Assembly: GCF_006345805.1 (NCBI RefSeq)
Contig: NC_043000.1
Coordinates: forward strand, 91,760,001 to 91,824,000
Length of the DNA stretch: 64,000 nt
Source: Octopus sinensis
Lineage: Eukaryota
Direction of reading: 5' to 3'
Shown here: positions 1 to 13,364 of the stretch, one piece after another
How positions within the stretch are numbered: the first letter of the stretch is position 1
Layout: every line of letters starts with the position of its first letter
The notes under the pieces: generated by a model
What the model saw: only the letters and a program-made list of their open reading frames with translations
Database searches by the model: none
Told to the model about the DNA's origin: nothing
Made by a program: the position numbers and the translations under genes

Positions 1-177
1 TTCTTTTCACCTTTCCAAAGCTTCTATTTTCATTAAAATTGTAACAACTTTGAAAGTAGGGGTCCAAAAAGAAAACTTACATTTTGGTCAGTTTTTATGT
101 GGTTTGAAGAAAGACCAAATTTCCCTCACTGAGGAGGCACACTGACCAGCAGCACTGGATTTTTTAAACAACTTATA

Positions 178-246
178 CCCTTTTATTCTTTTATTCTTTT
201 ACTTGTTTCAGTCAGTTGACAGCAGCCATGCTGGAGCATTGCCTTG
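178..246 (-). mobile_element. 3' fragment of CORE-type tRNA-SINE (family B)
   Basis: Reverse complement matches the family B tail GCTCCAGCATGGC..CAGTC..TGACTGAAACAAGTAAAAGAATAAAAG. Confidence 0.55.
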
Positions 247-1244
247 ATACAAAACAAGATATTTATGAGTGTTAAATTCAGTGGTTCTATATACCATTTA
301 CATTTGTAACAGTCCTGCTCTTTATACCTAGTGTCAAATGACCAACTTTTGAAAGTGGCTTCATTCAAGAAAGATATAAACACTTCTATCGTCAGGTAGG
401 TGTATTTGTATTATATTTCCTTTGCTTTGAGATCAATTTAAAATATAATTTACCATTAATTTCAATCTGGAAATTCTAGGATTTACCACTATGTTCTCTG
501 GTCTTCTTGTACAATGACCATAGCACACAAGGAAATGGTTAGGAAAATTTAGATACTGTATCATATTTTATTAAAATGGATGGTTCTTAATAGGAGATAC
601 ATTATAATTCTATTCTAAGAATGTAATGAATACACTGGATTTATATGTAACCCAGTTGTATATTTGAAGAATCACTGCAACTAATTTTCATATTTGAAAT
701 TTGAATGTCTTAGCTAATTTGTATCTATAATTAGATGTTGAACTGATTGTTGTTCAATCAGATACAGCACATCACAAATACCTTGATAACTCACCTAACC
801 TGTAGACATACTCATAAAATCCCAAAACAGAGCAAAATCCTTAATTTTTGGAATCCTATTTTCATAAGAATTATCAAATCATGAAATAAACTACCATCAT
901 CAGTTGTTAGCTATCAGGGCACTCATTCATTCAAAGATTCTATGCATCCTGAAGTTCACTAACACTACTCCTGAGTTGCATATGCACCATTTCTTTATGG
1001 CTCCCTCATTATTCATTCGGCTGTCTTAATATGTAGAATGCATGCCCTTTTAGCTATGTATAGTGTCTTCCTTAACTTGACTTACTATTGCTTTCTGTTC
1101 CCTCTTCTTTTCCCAGATAAGTTGTAGTGCATTTGAGCACTGTATTTCTAATAAGCTCCTTATATGATGTAACAAGTATCATTAATATACTACCAATGGG
1201 ATTTGAAATATTCCATTTATATATATTGAGTTCAAATTTTGGCA

Positions 1245-1395
1245 GAAGGCCAACAATTTTGGGGAGGAGATAAGTTGATTACATCGACCTCAGTGTTTAA
1301 CTGGTACTTAATTTATCGACCCTGTGAGGAATGTAAACTCAGATCGTAAAGACGGATGAAATGCCACTAAGCATTTTGCCTGACAAGCTAAAAAT
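1245..1395 (-). mobile_element. Decayed tRNA-SINE with Nin-like central domain (family A)
   Basis: Diverged match to family A (TACATCGACC.CAGTG..ACTGGTACTTAATTTATCGACCC; AACTCAGA). Confidence 0.55.
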
Positions 1396-1827
1396 TCTGC
1401 CAGTTATCATTTTTTTCAATTATATATATTAATCAGTTAAAATCTTTTTCCATTCCTACATTTGTGGGTGACGTTTTTACCAAAAATGCCTTTATAAGTG
1501 TCTGCTGTTGAAATAAACAAAAAAAATTTAACATTTGATTCATTTGTAAACTGAAAAATATGTGAAAATGGTAATATATCTGGTTTTTAGTCAAGTTATC
1601 TATACTTTAAAAAAAAATACTGTGTAGTGAGACTAAACCAGATATCGTGCTGTTGCAAAACAAAGATGTTAATCAGACAGCTATGCTGAACTGTGTAAGT
1701 GTTTCATTTAATTTTACAAATATTAAAGATTTTCAAAGCTTAAATGAAATGTTATATGTTGCTTGTTTTTTTGTTTGTTTTTATTGTTTACTCTCAGAAA
1801 ACCATGATCAAATAGACCCACACTTAC

Positions 1828-2176
1828 CTATGGCATTGTCTGTGGATGAACATATTTAGTCACTTGTCTCCAGAATTCCCTCTCCTGAATCACTCTTGGT
1901 AGGTCACAATTTGGTAGCTCAAAACCTTCAACCCGTAGATTAACAAATGTCCTGGCAAGACACCCCCTAGTTCGCTTTTGATGCTCAGGTTCCAACATCA
2001 GCGTCTGACTCACAGTTTAATCCTTGCTACAAAAGCAGTGTCAAAAGAATTTGTCTTCTTCCCTTAATGGCAGAGGTAACTCTTGGAAGAATACCATAAA
2101 GCTGGGACTAGCATTTAATGTTAAATGCTTCTCTCAGAAGTCTTTTGTATATTCCATCTTCTTTTCTTTCTAGTGC
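1828..2176 (-). other. Candidate exon of an unidentified minus-strand transcript (UTR/lncRNA-like)
   Basis: Acceptor tttcttttgattctaatttag|G at 2177/2176 and consensus donor AG|GTAAGT at 1828/1827; stops in all frames; no homology recognised. Confidence 0.2.
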
Positions 2177-2269
2177 CTAAATTAGAATCAAAAGAAACCT
2201 GTGATTAAAGACGTTCTAACCATGACCCTATATGGTTATGGTTAAAACAATTATACCTTAAGCATTTGT

Positions 2270-2560
2270 CTCCTACTTTAGCTCCAATCCAACTTGTGAG
2301 TGAATTTGGTAGGTGGAAATTGTATGGAATCCCATCATATGTATATGTGTGTGTGTGCGTGTGTGCATGCATACTTGACTTTGTATTTGTCTCTTCACCA
2401 TTAGACTGGTGTTGGTTTGTTTACTTCCCTGTAACCTAGCAGTTTACCAAAAAAAAAGACTGATGCAATAAGTACCAAACTTTTAATAAAATGTATGTAA
2501 TGAGGCTGATTTGTTTTACTAAACCCTTTAAAAAGACTTTCATTAAGTCTGTCCAGAGTT
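2270..2560 (+). mobile_element. Old diverged family B CORE-SINE
   Basis: GTGAGTGAATTTGGTAG..GGAAA, internal (TG)n, GGTGTTGGTTTGTTTAC..CCCTGTAACCTAGCAGTT. Confidence 0.45.
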
Positions 2561-2814
2561 ACCTATCTTTGATATTTCCAATTAATAATGGCTAAAGAGC
2601 TAGAAACTCATCTGAGAATGTGATAGGGTGCAGCACTGGATAGATATGTTGTTTTTACACTTTTTTACCATAAGTGAGAATTTTGTCTTTGCGGTAACTT
2701 AAGTGAATTTGCTTTTAGAAGATGAAATATGCCACAAACATATTTTAACAAATCTAAAGGTTGCATATATATTTAAATAAGGATTTAGGCAATAAAAGGT
2801 AAAAGTCAAGCACT

Positions 2815-3345
2815 CAGCCTTCCAACCAATCAGCCAACAAAGCAAGCAAGCAAACAAACAACCAGCCAACTAGCAAGGCAACCAGCCCACCAGCCAGTTT
2901 TCTACCTAACCAACAGAGAAACAAACCAACCAGCCAATCAAAAAACCCCCCAACTATCTACCCAGCCAGCCAGCCAACCAGCCAGCCAGCCAGCCGGCCA
3001 ACCAGCCCACCAACCAACCAAACAACCAAGTAACAAGCCAACCAAGCAACAAGCTAGCTGACCAACCAATCACCCAACTAAACAACTAACAAGCTAACTA
3101 ACCAACCAACCAACCAACCAACTAACCAACAAGCCAACCAACCAACAAGTCAACCAATCAACCACCCAACCAAACAACTAACCAACAAGACAACTAACCA
3201 ACCAACCAACCAACCAGCCAATTAACCAACAGGCCAACCAACCAACCAACTAACCAACAAATAGATAACTCAACTAATCAGCATACTAACCAGTTAACCA
3301 GTTTGGCAACCAACAAACCAACCAACCAACCAACCAACCAATAGT
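2815..3345 (+). repeat. Degenerate (AACC)n/(AGCC)n tetranucleotide tract
   Basis: About 530 bp of CCAA/CCAG-type units. Confidence 0.9.
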
Positions 3346-4121
3346 TGAGCAGCAACAACAAAAAGCAAGGGAGATTATGATGGTACCTACAGCAGAAAAT
3401 AGGTATGTCAAAAATTGTTGGTATGAGTGAAATGGTGGAAAAAATACTTAAAAGAACTCAGTTGTTGGCTTTTTTTTATATAACATTTTAATGTTTTTAA
3501 AAAATTTTTTGCGTGTTTTCATTTTTAGTTTGTTTCATATATTTTCATATGTCTTTTAAACTGTCAGATTTAATCAATTTTGGAACCTGAGGCAAAAGAT
3601 TATAAGGCCTTACTCCAACCACCGTCTGATATCCAATAGATAAGAAAATAAATGCATAAATAAATATACAGTATACACACACACACACACATACACACTC
3701 ACACATACATATATAGATGTAGGCCATTTGGAAAAGATTATAGTATTTTTATGTTTGTTTTTGTTTAATGTAGTTATTTCTTAATTCTATGTTATTATTT
3801 ATATTTATTTATTATTTTTTTTGTGGCTAAGATTTTCTCAATTCTCACAGCAAGACTAAAGTCAATAAAGAAAGAGAAAATTTGTAAATAAATATAAGAT
3901 TAATAGTAAAATATATTTTATATAAAAAATATGAATATTTTCAAAATAACAAAAAAAAATCAATATATTTTAATTCTTATATATTGAACTATTTTTAACA
4001 AACCCCACCCCTAAGAAAATTTACATAGTGAGAATGAGCTTACAGACAAGTAAAAACCAGCAGTCAGTATTTTCCTGTAAGGTATATCATATATATTCAT
4101 GAGTTTTGTATCGGCACACAC

Positions 4122-4522
<401 letters not shown>

Positions 4523-5337
4523 GCATGCATGAATGTATATATGCACAAGTGAATGTGTTTGTGTGTGGATGTTTATAAAACTTATAAAACTTACAAAATG
4601 TTGACAGGGATTTCGAGGTTTCAGCTTCTTTGCCTTCGTCAGACAAGTGGATATGTCGAAGTTACTCTCAACTTTTCTCCTAAATAAACGTTTTCCTCTA
4701 AAACTATTAAGTAATCCTTCAGTCATATGTTTAACTTAATATAAAAGCAAGCATTAGGATATATATATATATATGGGGGAGAGGTTGTATATGTATATCG
4801 CTATATATAAAAATATACATACATTTTTTTTAAATGTATGTGTTGACAAAGCAACAAATGGTTTCATGTGAAGAGATCTTCACAATTGTTCAGTCGTGCC
4901 TGATGGAAGCTTTGGTATTTGTCACCATTTTAGTGTACCAACACTTATTTGTGGCACGCTTGAAAAATTGTGTATATTACCTACATGAAAATATTGGTTG
5001 CCTTATTAACCCATAAATAAAGTATATTTATCCACCAATACAGTATCGAAAATTACGTATATATATATATATATACATGCGCGTTCATGCACATAAATAT
5101 GCAGATAAAGTTTAGGTGTGAGAAAATATTTTACCTCAATTATTACTGTCTGTAGAATATTCGAATATATAGAATTAAAACTATGAGAATCAGAATGCTT
5201 TATCCTGGAGCACAAGATCAAATGTTAACTTTATCTATCTATTGAGTTCTCTTTTGCTTTGTTCGTAGTATTTTTGTGTATTTTGTTTCACTTTCAAGAA
5301 AATGTAACATTTTCTTTATAATATGCATCTATCTTAA

Positions 5338-5731
5338 GGCGGCGAGCTGGCAGAAACGTTAACACGCCGGGCGAAATGATTAGCAGTATTTCGTCTGCCG
5401 TTACGTTCTGAGTTCAAATTCCACCGAGGTCGACTTTGCCTTTCATCCTTCCGGGGTCGATAAGTTAAGTACCAGTTACGCATTAGGGTCGAGTAATCGA
5501 CTTAATCCGTTTGTCTCTCCTTGTTTGTCCACTCTGTGTTTAGCCTCTTGTGGATATTAAAGAAATAGGTATTTCGTCTGCTGCTACCTTCTGAGTTCAA
5601 ATTTCGCCGAGGTCGACTTTGCCTTTCACCCCTTCGGGGTCCATAAATTAAGTACCAGTTGCATACTGAAGTTGATCTAATCGACTGGGCCCCTCCCCAA
5701 AATTTTCGGGTCATGTGCCTAGAGTAGAAAA
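5338..5731 (+). mobile_element. Family A (Nin-like domain) tRNA-SINE dimer with TSD
   Basis: Head GGCGGCGAGCTGGCAGAAACGTT; B-box GAGTTCAAATTCC; domain GGTCGACTTTGCCTTTCATCCTT..GGGGTCGATAA twice; flanked by AATATGCATYTATCT (5320-5334 and 5733-5747). Confidence 0.9.
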
Positions 5732-5915
5732 CAATATGCATTTATCTAGTAATCTATTTATCAAACTATGTTTATCAACTTACTCTCAATGTGTATTTTT
5801 GTTTATACGTTTGTATAAGTGGAACAGGCGGACTGATGTACTGCCTGAGCAGGCATCTCAACATACATATTAGACAGACAGACAGAAAGAAAGAAAGAAA
5901 GAAAGAAAGGAAGAA

Positions 5916-5992
<77 letters not shown>

Positions 5993-6066
5993 GATACTAA
6001 GAAATGAACAAGGCTACTTCCCGAGTCATAAAGACTCCTAAGGCCAATTTCACAGTTTCTGTAGCG

Positions 6067-6098
<32 letters not shown>

Positions 6099-6129
6099 CG
6101 TGCGTGTATATACACATGTGTGTGTGTGT

Positions 6130-6426
6130 GGAGGCGCAATGACTCAGTGGTTAGGACAGCGGACTCGCGGTCGTAAGATCGCAGTTTCGATTCCCAGACC
6201 GGGTGTTGTGAGTGTTTACTGAGCGAAAACACCTAAAGCTCCTCGAGTCTCCGGGAGGGGGTGATGGCGAACCCTGCTGTACTCTTTCGCCACAACTTTC
6301 TCTCACTCTTTCTTCTGTTGGCCTGCTCACTTAGCCAGCGGAGAGACGTCATTTGAAGTCTAAAACAATGCGAAGCGCATTGTGACCAGCGATGTGTAGC
6401 AAAATCTGAGAGCCTGGTCGGTCACG

Positions 6427-6430
<4 letters not shown>
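6130..6430 (+). mobile_element. tRNA-derived SINE (family C)
   Basis: A-box-like TGACTCAGTGG, B-box-like GTTTCGATTCC; second copy at 32123-32307; ends in (AT)n. Confidence 0.75.
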
Positions 6431-6503
<73 letters not shown>

Positions 6504-6504
6504 C

Positions 6505-6655
6505 CCCAGCACGGGACACTGGTCCGTCACAAGATTACTCACTTATACCAGCTGAGTGGTCGGGAGTAATATGAAATGAAATGTTTTGCTCAAGAACTCA
6601 GCACATCATCCGCTTCAGGTAACGAAACCACAATCTTACACTCACGAGTCCTACA
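6505..6655 (-). mobile_element. SINE family D fragment
   Basis: Shares TGAAATGTTTTGCTCAAGAAC..AGCAC with 20215-20452 and 54985-55125. Confidence 0.5.
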
Positions 6656-7044
6656 TACTATTCACTTCCACATTTATATTAAAAGATACGCAGTTATATC
6701 CTGAGATATAATAAAGAACCATTTATTTATATTTATGACGACAAATAATGTCAAATATATAAGCGCTTATATATATTTGTGTAAATGAGTAACGAACTTT
6801 TACATTCTTTGTGAAAATTCTGCCATTATATACATTTATTTTAAGATATGTATTGTTGTATGTAATGCACACGCATAAACACACACATGCACATGTGTAT
6901 ATATATTGAATACAGCTAATGTAAAAACCGTTCTGTCCTTGATGAGCCTGTCTCTATTTACACTGTGTCGATGATCTGTTTCCTTCTTGTTTCTTAAGAG
7001 ATTAAAATATAATACTAAAACACCACGATATAAAATAAAAAAAC

Positions 7045-7370
7045 CTCCTTATTAGTATGAAATCATGAACCTGGCAGCTGGAGCGCCACCTTGACGAGTT
7101 TTAGTGAAACAAATCGAATCTAGTTCTTATGTTTTGTTTTTGTGGTTACTTATTCTATTGGTTCACTTTGCCGAAACGCTAACTTACGGGGACCGTAAAT
7201 AAAACAAAACTGGGGACCGTAGCAAATATAGGTACAAAGACACTCACGCATATACGACGGGATTCCACACTGTTTGCACCAATCAAATTCATTCACAGGA
7301 TACTCAAAGTACCACAGAGAGGGACTAGGCCCGAAATCAAGTTGTTTCAGAGTGAGCCTCTTAGACTGAA
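7045..7370 (-). mobile_element. Old family B CORE-SINE
   Basis: TTTGCCGAAACGCTAACTTACGGGGAC.GTAAA matches the family B body in reverse. Confidence 0.45.
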
Positions 7371-7694
7371 TTATGATATACACATTTCAAAGTAAACCTG
7401 AAAACCCTAAATTTACGATTCAAGCTGATGTACCGATCACACAAAGTACTTTCTCCCCAATTGACCAAGCAGTTAAAACTACTTCTTTTTGATTAAGTAT
7501 ATATGGCCCTTAGCTACTGCAGATCTTAGAAGAAAAACATTAGTTGATAAGACTACCATCCTATACAGAAAACAAGAGAAAAACTGATGTGCAAAAGACA
7601 CTTGATTACTAGCAAACTACAAGGCAAAATTCCACGCTATGATACATTGCCTACAACAAAACTAGCAAAAAGCACCTTAGATTTCTCTTACCTC

Positions 7695-7975
7695 TCTTGG
7701 TCATGCTGCTTTCGTGGATTCCCATGACTCTCTGTTGCCGTCCAGTTCTATTATTATGAACTTGGATTGGAAGCTTTAGTGATGGTGAATCTTCCATTAG
7801 CTGATTACACAACCATGGATGCCACCCCTATGGATGCATTGCAGTACTCTTTTGATAGAGTTTGGTGATCCTGACCGTTGATCTTCTAGGATTACTCCAC
7901 TCAGCATTAATGTAAGAAACACAGTTGGCTCAGATGAACTCTTCAACTACCTCTTCACAATCTACCATGCTGCAG
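7695..7975 (-). mobile_element. RTE-like LINE 3' end fragment
   Basis: Reverse strand ends ..GGCAACAGAGAGTCATGGGAATCCACGAAAGCAGCATGAC, recalled as typical of RTE 3' termini; degenerate, no ORF. Confidence 0.4.
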
Positions 7976-8155
7976 TCCCCTGATTTCGCCGTATCCCTGG
8001 CAGGGTGGCCGAACGGGTGCTATACCCGACCAAAGGGCAGCCCGTAATTATGCAGGGTAAAGTCGTCATGTCGTGATGTATTTTCACGATACCCGCACAC
8101 CCATGGACTTAACTTGGACTTGGCAGTGGAAATTTAAACCTGATGATGATGATTT
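7976..8155 (+). mobile_element. RTE-type tail fragment ending in (TGA)n
   Basis: GC-rich block ending GGCAGTGGAAATTTAAACC(TGA)4. Confidence 0.4.
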
Positions 8156-8520
8156 CATCCGTAACAAAATAATTCCTTTGCGTTATATTGGCTACCACAA
8201 AACATAGCAATAAAAAGCGCCCCTGATAACTCCTTCGAATAGAATATATGACAACGAAAGTCTAGTAGCAATGATTAAATTAAGAATGTTACTATTCTAA
8301 AATAATTATAGAAGTCTAAAAAAAATTAAAGCAAATAAATATTATTAACCATAGTCTCGTCTTTACCCAAACATTATAGAGTTCCGAAAGTAGTGAAAGT
8401 TACCTGTTAAGGGAAAACGATAAAACTGGTTTATTAAACTTTAACTTTAAACCAAGACAAGGAACTGATATATTTATTTTACGCACAAATCAAAATATTT
8501 GTTGGAAAATTTTGAATTAC

Positions 8521-8566
8521 CTAACGGCTGAATACCGAATAGACGTGTAACGCAATCATCTACAAA
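8521..8566 (-). other. Candidate 46-nt exon (FVDDCVTRLFGIQPL)
   Basis: Strong acceptor tttttttttcttttctccag|, donor AG|gtaatt, single open frame; no homology recognised. Confidence 0.25.
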
Positions 8567-8894
8567 CTGGAGAAAAGAAAAAAAAATCATAGGTTAATGT
8601 GAATAAAAAGTTCGTTATTTCTGTCGTTATATAATCAGAAAGACAAGTGAGCGAATAAGTACATTAGAAAGTTTTGTATGTTAACATGCTTAGTCAACCG
8701 TTATTGTAATTTATTCGGTATATAGATAAAAAATTATCTCATTTACTACATTGATTGCTTGAAAATCGGCAAGACGTGAAACTAATAGTCGCAATCTATA
8801 TAATTTGAGCTTAAAATAAAATTTATAAACTACTTTATACTCTTGTATTGAGTTCATGGTACCACTGGATTTTTACAGTGTTACATATCTCCTT

Positions 8895-8944
<50 letters not shown>

Positions 8945-9916
8945 TTTTATCATATATATAAATATATATGTGCGTGGGTGAGTATGCATATATATTATTT
9001 CTAGCCTTGAAGCCGCCCTTCGGGAGGCATTTGGGTTAGCTCTTGCGGAGAGCACCTTTAAGGGCTCCAGCTCCACTGTCGGGGCGCTTCACGGCTCTCT
9101 ACCCTCGTAAAATATAATGGACTCGGACACATTCATTGTATATGCATTTCCTGATATTAATTATCCGACACCCCATTCCAAACTCCCTACCTGACATATA
9201 ACTACACACCCATACCCATACATTTAATACTTTACTCACACCCATACCTGAACCACATATATGTCCCATTAACCTGTTGTTCATTCAACATGTAACGTGA
9301 ATTCCATCTCTGTAACAGTGTGTCAGTGTATCAACCCCTGGACCACTTTCTGCCAGCTTTGCCTATAGACATACAGCTAGCTTCTAGTTTGACTTACAGC
9401 TTCCTATTAGACTTACAGCTAAGTTTCTAGTCTTGAAGCTGTCCTTTATGTGGCATTCAGGTTAGCTCCTGTTGTGGATTTATGATAACTTTGTAGAGGA
9501 TTCAGGTAGAAAAATCTCAAGAAATCTGGGGTTGAAGGCCCAAGCACCAATATATAACTGGAATAGGGAGAGAAGTTTTCCACCGAGATATAAGTTTCAT
9601 AAACTACAAAGTATAAATATCCACACTATCATACTTCAAACATATCTGTTATAACTCTTTATCTCGATTTGAATGTAAGTGAAGATATTTAGAATGTTCA
9701 AACTTATTTCTGAAAATGTGCTAAGGATTGATGCTGATCATAGTTCAATCAATAAGCGTAGGAGCAAGGTAAATGTAGTAAAAATAGGGGGGGGGGGGTC
9801 GCGGGGGGCCCCATTTGAGCGGCCCTTCAGAAATTGAATCTCCTTACGATACTTCCTGGGAGTTCATGGTATAAAATCCATTGTCATTACTCTAATTTGG
9901 TCGCTAATGCCATGTA

Positions 9917-10471
9917 TTGGGTTGTCCGGAAAGTTCGTGCCGATTTTTAAAGGAAAGAAAAAGGTCAATAAATACTTACCATTACATTTTTAATCAACAA
10001 AATATGAACCATTTTGCTGCACAATTCGTCTCCATCTTTCCTTTAACTTAAAAATACCCTCTTCCCAGAATTGAGGTGGTTTCATGGCAAAGAATTCATC
10101 AAGGTATCTTTTTACGTCATCCAAGGAATTGAAATTTGTACAATTAAGACTATTCTGCAGACCTGAATAAGTGGAAATCCGAAGGAGCAATATCTGGTGA
10201 GTATGGAGGGTGGGATAACACATCCCAGCCGAGCTGCAGTAATTTTTGTCTGGTTCCCAAAGAAACGTGCGGTCTTTCTTATCTTCCATTTTAAAGGGTT
10301 ACAAAATTAACACAGGTTATAGGAACATAAACTTTCTTCCTCGAAAAGATAGCTTAAACTGTGCTTTAAATGGAGGTGTAGTCAAATCCTATTTTATGGA
10401 CTCAACCATGTTCTAAAATAGGTCGAAAGGTAAGCTGCTATAAATTGGCACGAACTTTGCAGGCAATCCAA
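9917..10471 (-). mobile_element. Internally deleted mariner DNA transposon (555 bp, non-autonomous)
   Basis: 30-bp TIRs (TTGGGTTGTCCGGAAAGTTCGTGCCGATTT / 25 of 30 identical), TA TSD at 9915-9916 and 10472-10473; transposase remnants RPHVSLGTRQKLLQLGWDVLSHPPYSPDIAPSDFHLFRS and LDEFFAMKPPQFWEEGIFKLKERWRRIVQQNGSYF. Confidence 0.95.
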
Positions 10472-10816
10472 TATTTAGTTTAAAATGCAGTAAAAACAGG
10501 GAGTGAGTGGAGCTCCAGTTAGGCGGCCATCAAAAAGAAAGACCCTTTAGGATATTCCCTGGGATTAGAGGCGTTGCTGGTTTGAGTTTCGTTGTCATTG
10601 CATCAAAAGTCTAGGAGGAGTTAATGAACATAAAAACGTAACGGACAGAGGAACACCACTTAAATTTATAATAGGATTTAAAATAGTTTAAGTTGCTCCA
10701 TGTCACTTAAGCTATCGTAGACTTCTCACAGAAACCAAGCTCGTTGGGGTCAGTTAATCGAATGTACACACACACACACACACACATACAGACACACATG
10801 TATGTGTCTATACGCA

Positions 10817-10894
<78 letters not shown>

Positions 10895-11151
10895 AGGAAA
10901 ACAGAATATAGGAGAGAAGGTTATATTTATACAATATTTTAATCCAGAACAAAGTGTTTCAATGTACGCGATTACTTTTTATCAGGAAAATGAATGAATC
11001 TTAATAATATAGTTATTTATATGCATATATATACCCAACCAAGCACTTTAGATTTTATATATGCATGTGTGCTTTTGTCTGTATGTCTGTGTATGTATGT
11101 ATGTATGTATGTATGTATGTATGTATGTATGTATGTATGTATGTATGTATG

Positions 11152-11185
<34 letters not shown>

Positions 11186-11392
11186 ATATATATATTATAT
11201 AATATATATATATACATATATATATGCATTATCAGTGATTTATTTAGCTTACATATGTTTCGGATAGCCTGGCACAATGTAAGCGCTGCAAATTGCAATT
11301 TGTATATTTTCATCGTGCCTTCATTTAGGGGATTAAATTGCCAGTGACGCAAAGTACGCCTTATTAGATGTATATGCATGTATGACATACAC

Positions 11393-11436
<44 letters not shown>

Positions 11437-11702
11437 AAAGATTCTTTGATTTATTGTACGATTGAAACAACTGCATAGGTACTAGACAGAAGTGATTTGC
11501 ACACAAAAATAACCAATAACATCAGTGCATTTCAAGAAGCTACATTTGAACCTTCTAATATAAAGCAAGCAGCTATGAAAAGATATATGACATGAATGGA
11601 AAAACTCAGTAACTTTATTCAGTGACATAATAGAACGCTCAAAAACGATAGACAACCGAATAGTATGACGATAAAGAAACACACCTGATACACCTTATAT
11701 AT

Positions 11703-11938
11703 ATATATTTCTTTACTGCCCACAAAGGGCTAAACATAGAGGGGACAAACAAGGACAGACAAAGGGATTAAGTCGATTACATCGACTCCAGTGCGAAACT
11801 GGTACTTAATTTATCGACCCCGAAAGGATGAAAGGCAAAGTCCACCTCGGTGTAATTTGAACTTAGAACGTAACGACAGACGAAATACCGCTAATCATTT
11901 CGCCCGGCGTGCTAACGTTTCTGCCAGCTCGCCGCCCT
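11703..11938 (-). mobile_element. Full-length family A SINE with 17-bp TSD
   Basis: Near-consensus copy; TGATACACCTTATATAT at 11686-11702 and 11939-11955. Confidence 0.92.
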
Positions 11939-12585
11939 TGATACACCTTATATATCAACACACAAACCACCAGAATATCTCACTCTTGATGAATGACCTA
12001 TGAATGAAAAAGCGCTCGAAGCACAACGTAATTAAAAGTAAAAGAACCACCAAACAACCGAAATCTTCATAAAACTATTTGCTAACGCCACACTACTCGC
12101 TAAAGATAGAACTTTAATTGCCCAAAAGTGTAATCGTTCTAATTGCTGAATCTGCGCCATTGAATGTTCGTCATATGAATTTATATCAGAACAGGCATTT
12201 ACCATAAAAAAGTCATTTCACTTGTGTATCGTGAAATTTAATTTATGTTATCAAATGCTGGGTGTGTGGTAAAAACTATATAGGACAATCGAGTTTAAGC
12301 TGGGACAGAGAATGACAGTACACCGACAACAGGTTGAGACACACAGGACAGAAAAATACCTGTCTTAATATTTGCCTAATAAACATAGATTTTCCCTTTA
12401 TATCAATGCATCGAGTTTACCACCGTCCAATTCCAATTAGATAAGGAAAATATGTTTTTTAAGAAATATGAACTAAAACTAAGTTCTTTAAAACGACACA
12501 ATAAAATGAGAAACATAAAATACTCAACTCAACTAAACAAACAGAAACACTGAAAATAATAGAGGTAAATCAAAAGTTCAGGTAA

Positions 12586-12628
12586 AGGGCTTCCCCAGGG
12601 ATATGAGACCCCCAACTTGAAACCACTG
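12586..12628. mobile_element. Possible hAT-type MITE terminus
   Basis: ..GAGACCCCCAACTTGAAACCACTG; reverse CAGTGGTTTCAA resembles hAT/Charlie TIRs; partner end not found. Confidence 0.3.
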
Positions 12629-12843
12629 TGAATTTATACAGTGCGCTTTTTCGACATTATTTGCTGACAATACCCTAGGATTCATCTAGTGTATTTTATT
12701 TTGGTTAAAACTGGGATCTCAGGGGAAAAAACAAATGATGTTATTTATGCGTTCATCTAACTGAGATATTAGAAAAGCGAGTAAGGTTTTAAGGAAGTCA
12801 GTCAACCAGAACACTGAACGACTGTTTCACACACACACAAACG

Positions 12844-12886
<43 letters not shown>

Positions 12887-12953
12887 CTGGCCAGTATATT
12901 TGATAGTTAACTGACATCGACAGGTAATAAAACCAATCAGAGAACTAGACTAC

Positions 12954-13164
12954 TAGCACGCCGGGCGAAATGCGTAGCCATATTTCCTCTGCCGCTTCGT
13001 TCTGAGTTCAAATTCCGCCGAGGTCGACTTTGCCTTTCATCCTTTTGGGGTCGATAAATTAAGTACCAGTTACGCACTGGGGCCGATGTGGTATTCGACT
13101 TAATCAGTTTGTCTGTCCTTGTTTGTCCTCTCTGTGTTTAACCCCTTGTGGGTAGTAAAGAAAT
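12954..13164 (+). mobile_element. Family A SINE (slightly 5' truncated)
   Basis: Matches 11703-11938 in opposite orientation. Confidence 0.9.
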
Positions 13165-13364
13165 AACTATTGTACAAAAATAGTGACTAGAACAGTCAGC
13201 CAGACAAAAGGCCAGACAACACACACACATACACACACACACACGCACACACACACACGCACACACACACACACACACACACGCGCAACAAACACACTCA
13301 CTCACAACAGAAATGCTGTTTTTGAAGAATTAGCAAATGAAGATTTGAACCTTTGTCTTAAAAC

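Noticed and set aside
330-394. In-frame TGA before PTFESGFIQERYKHFYRQ (possible selenocysteine exon)
   Set aside because: No selenoprotein motif, SECIS or supporting exons seen.
4615-4650. Hammerhead-like CUGACGA-A-GGC..GCU-GAAA-CCUC on the minus strand
   Set aside because: Stem I cannot form (ACUUGU vs GAAAUC) and the ACGU palindrome is broken; at best a dead remnant.
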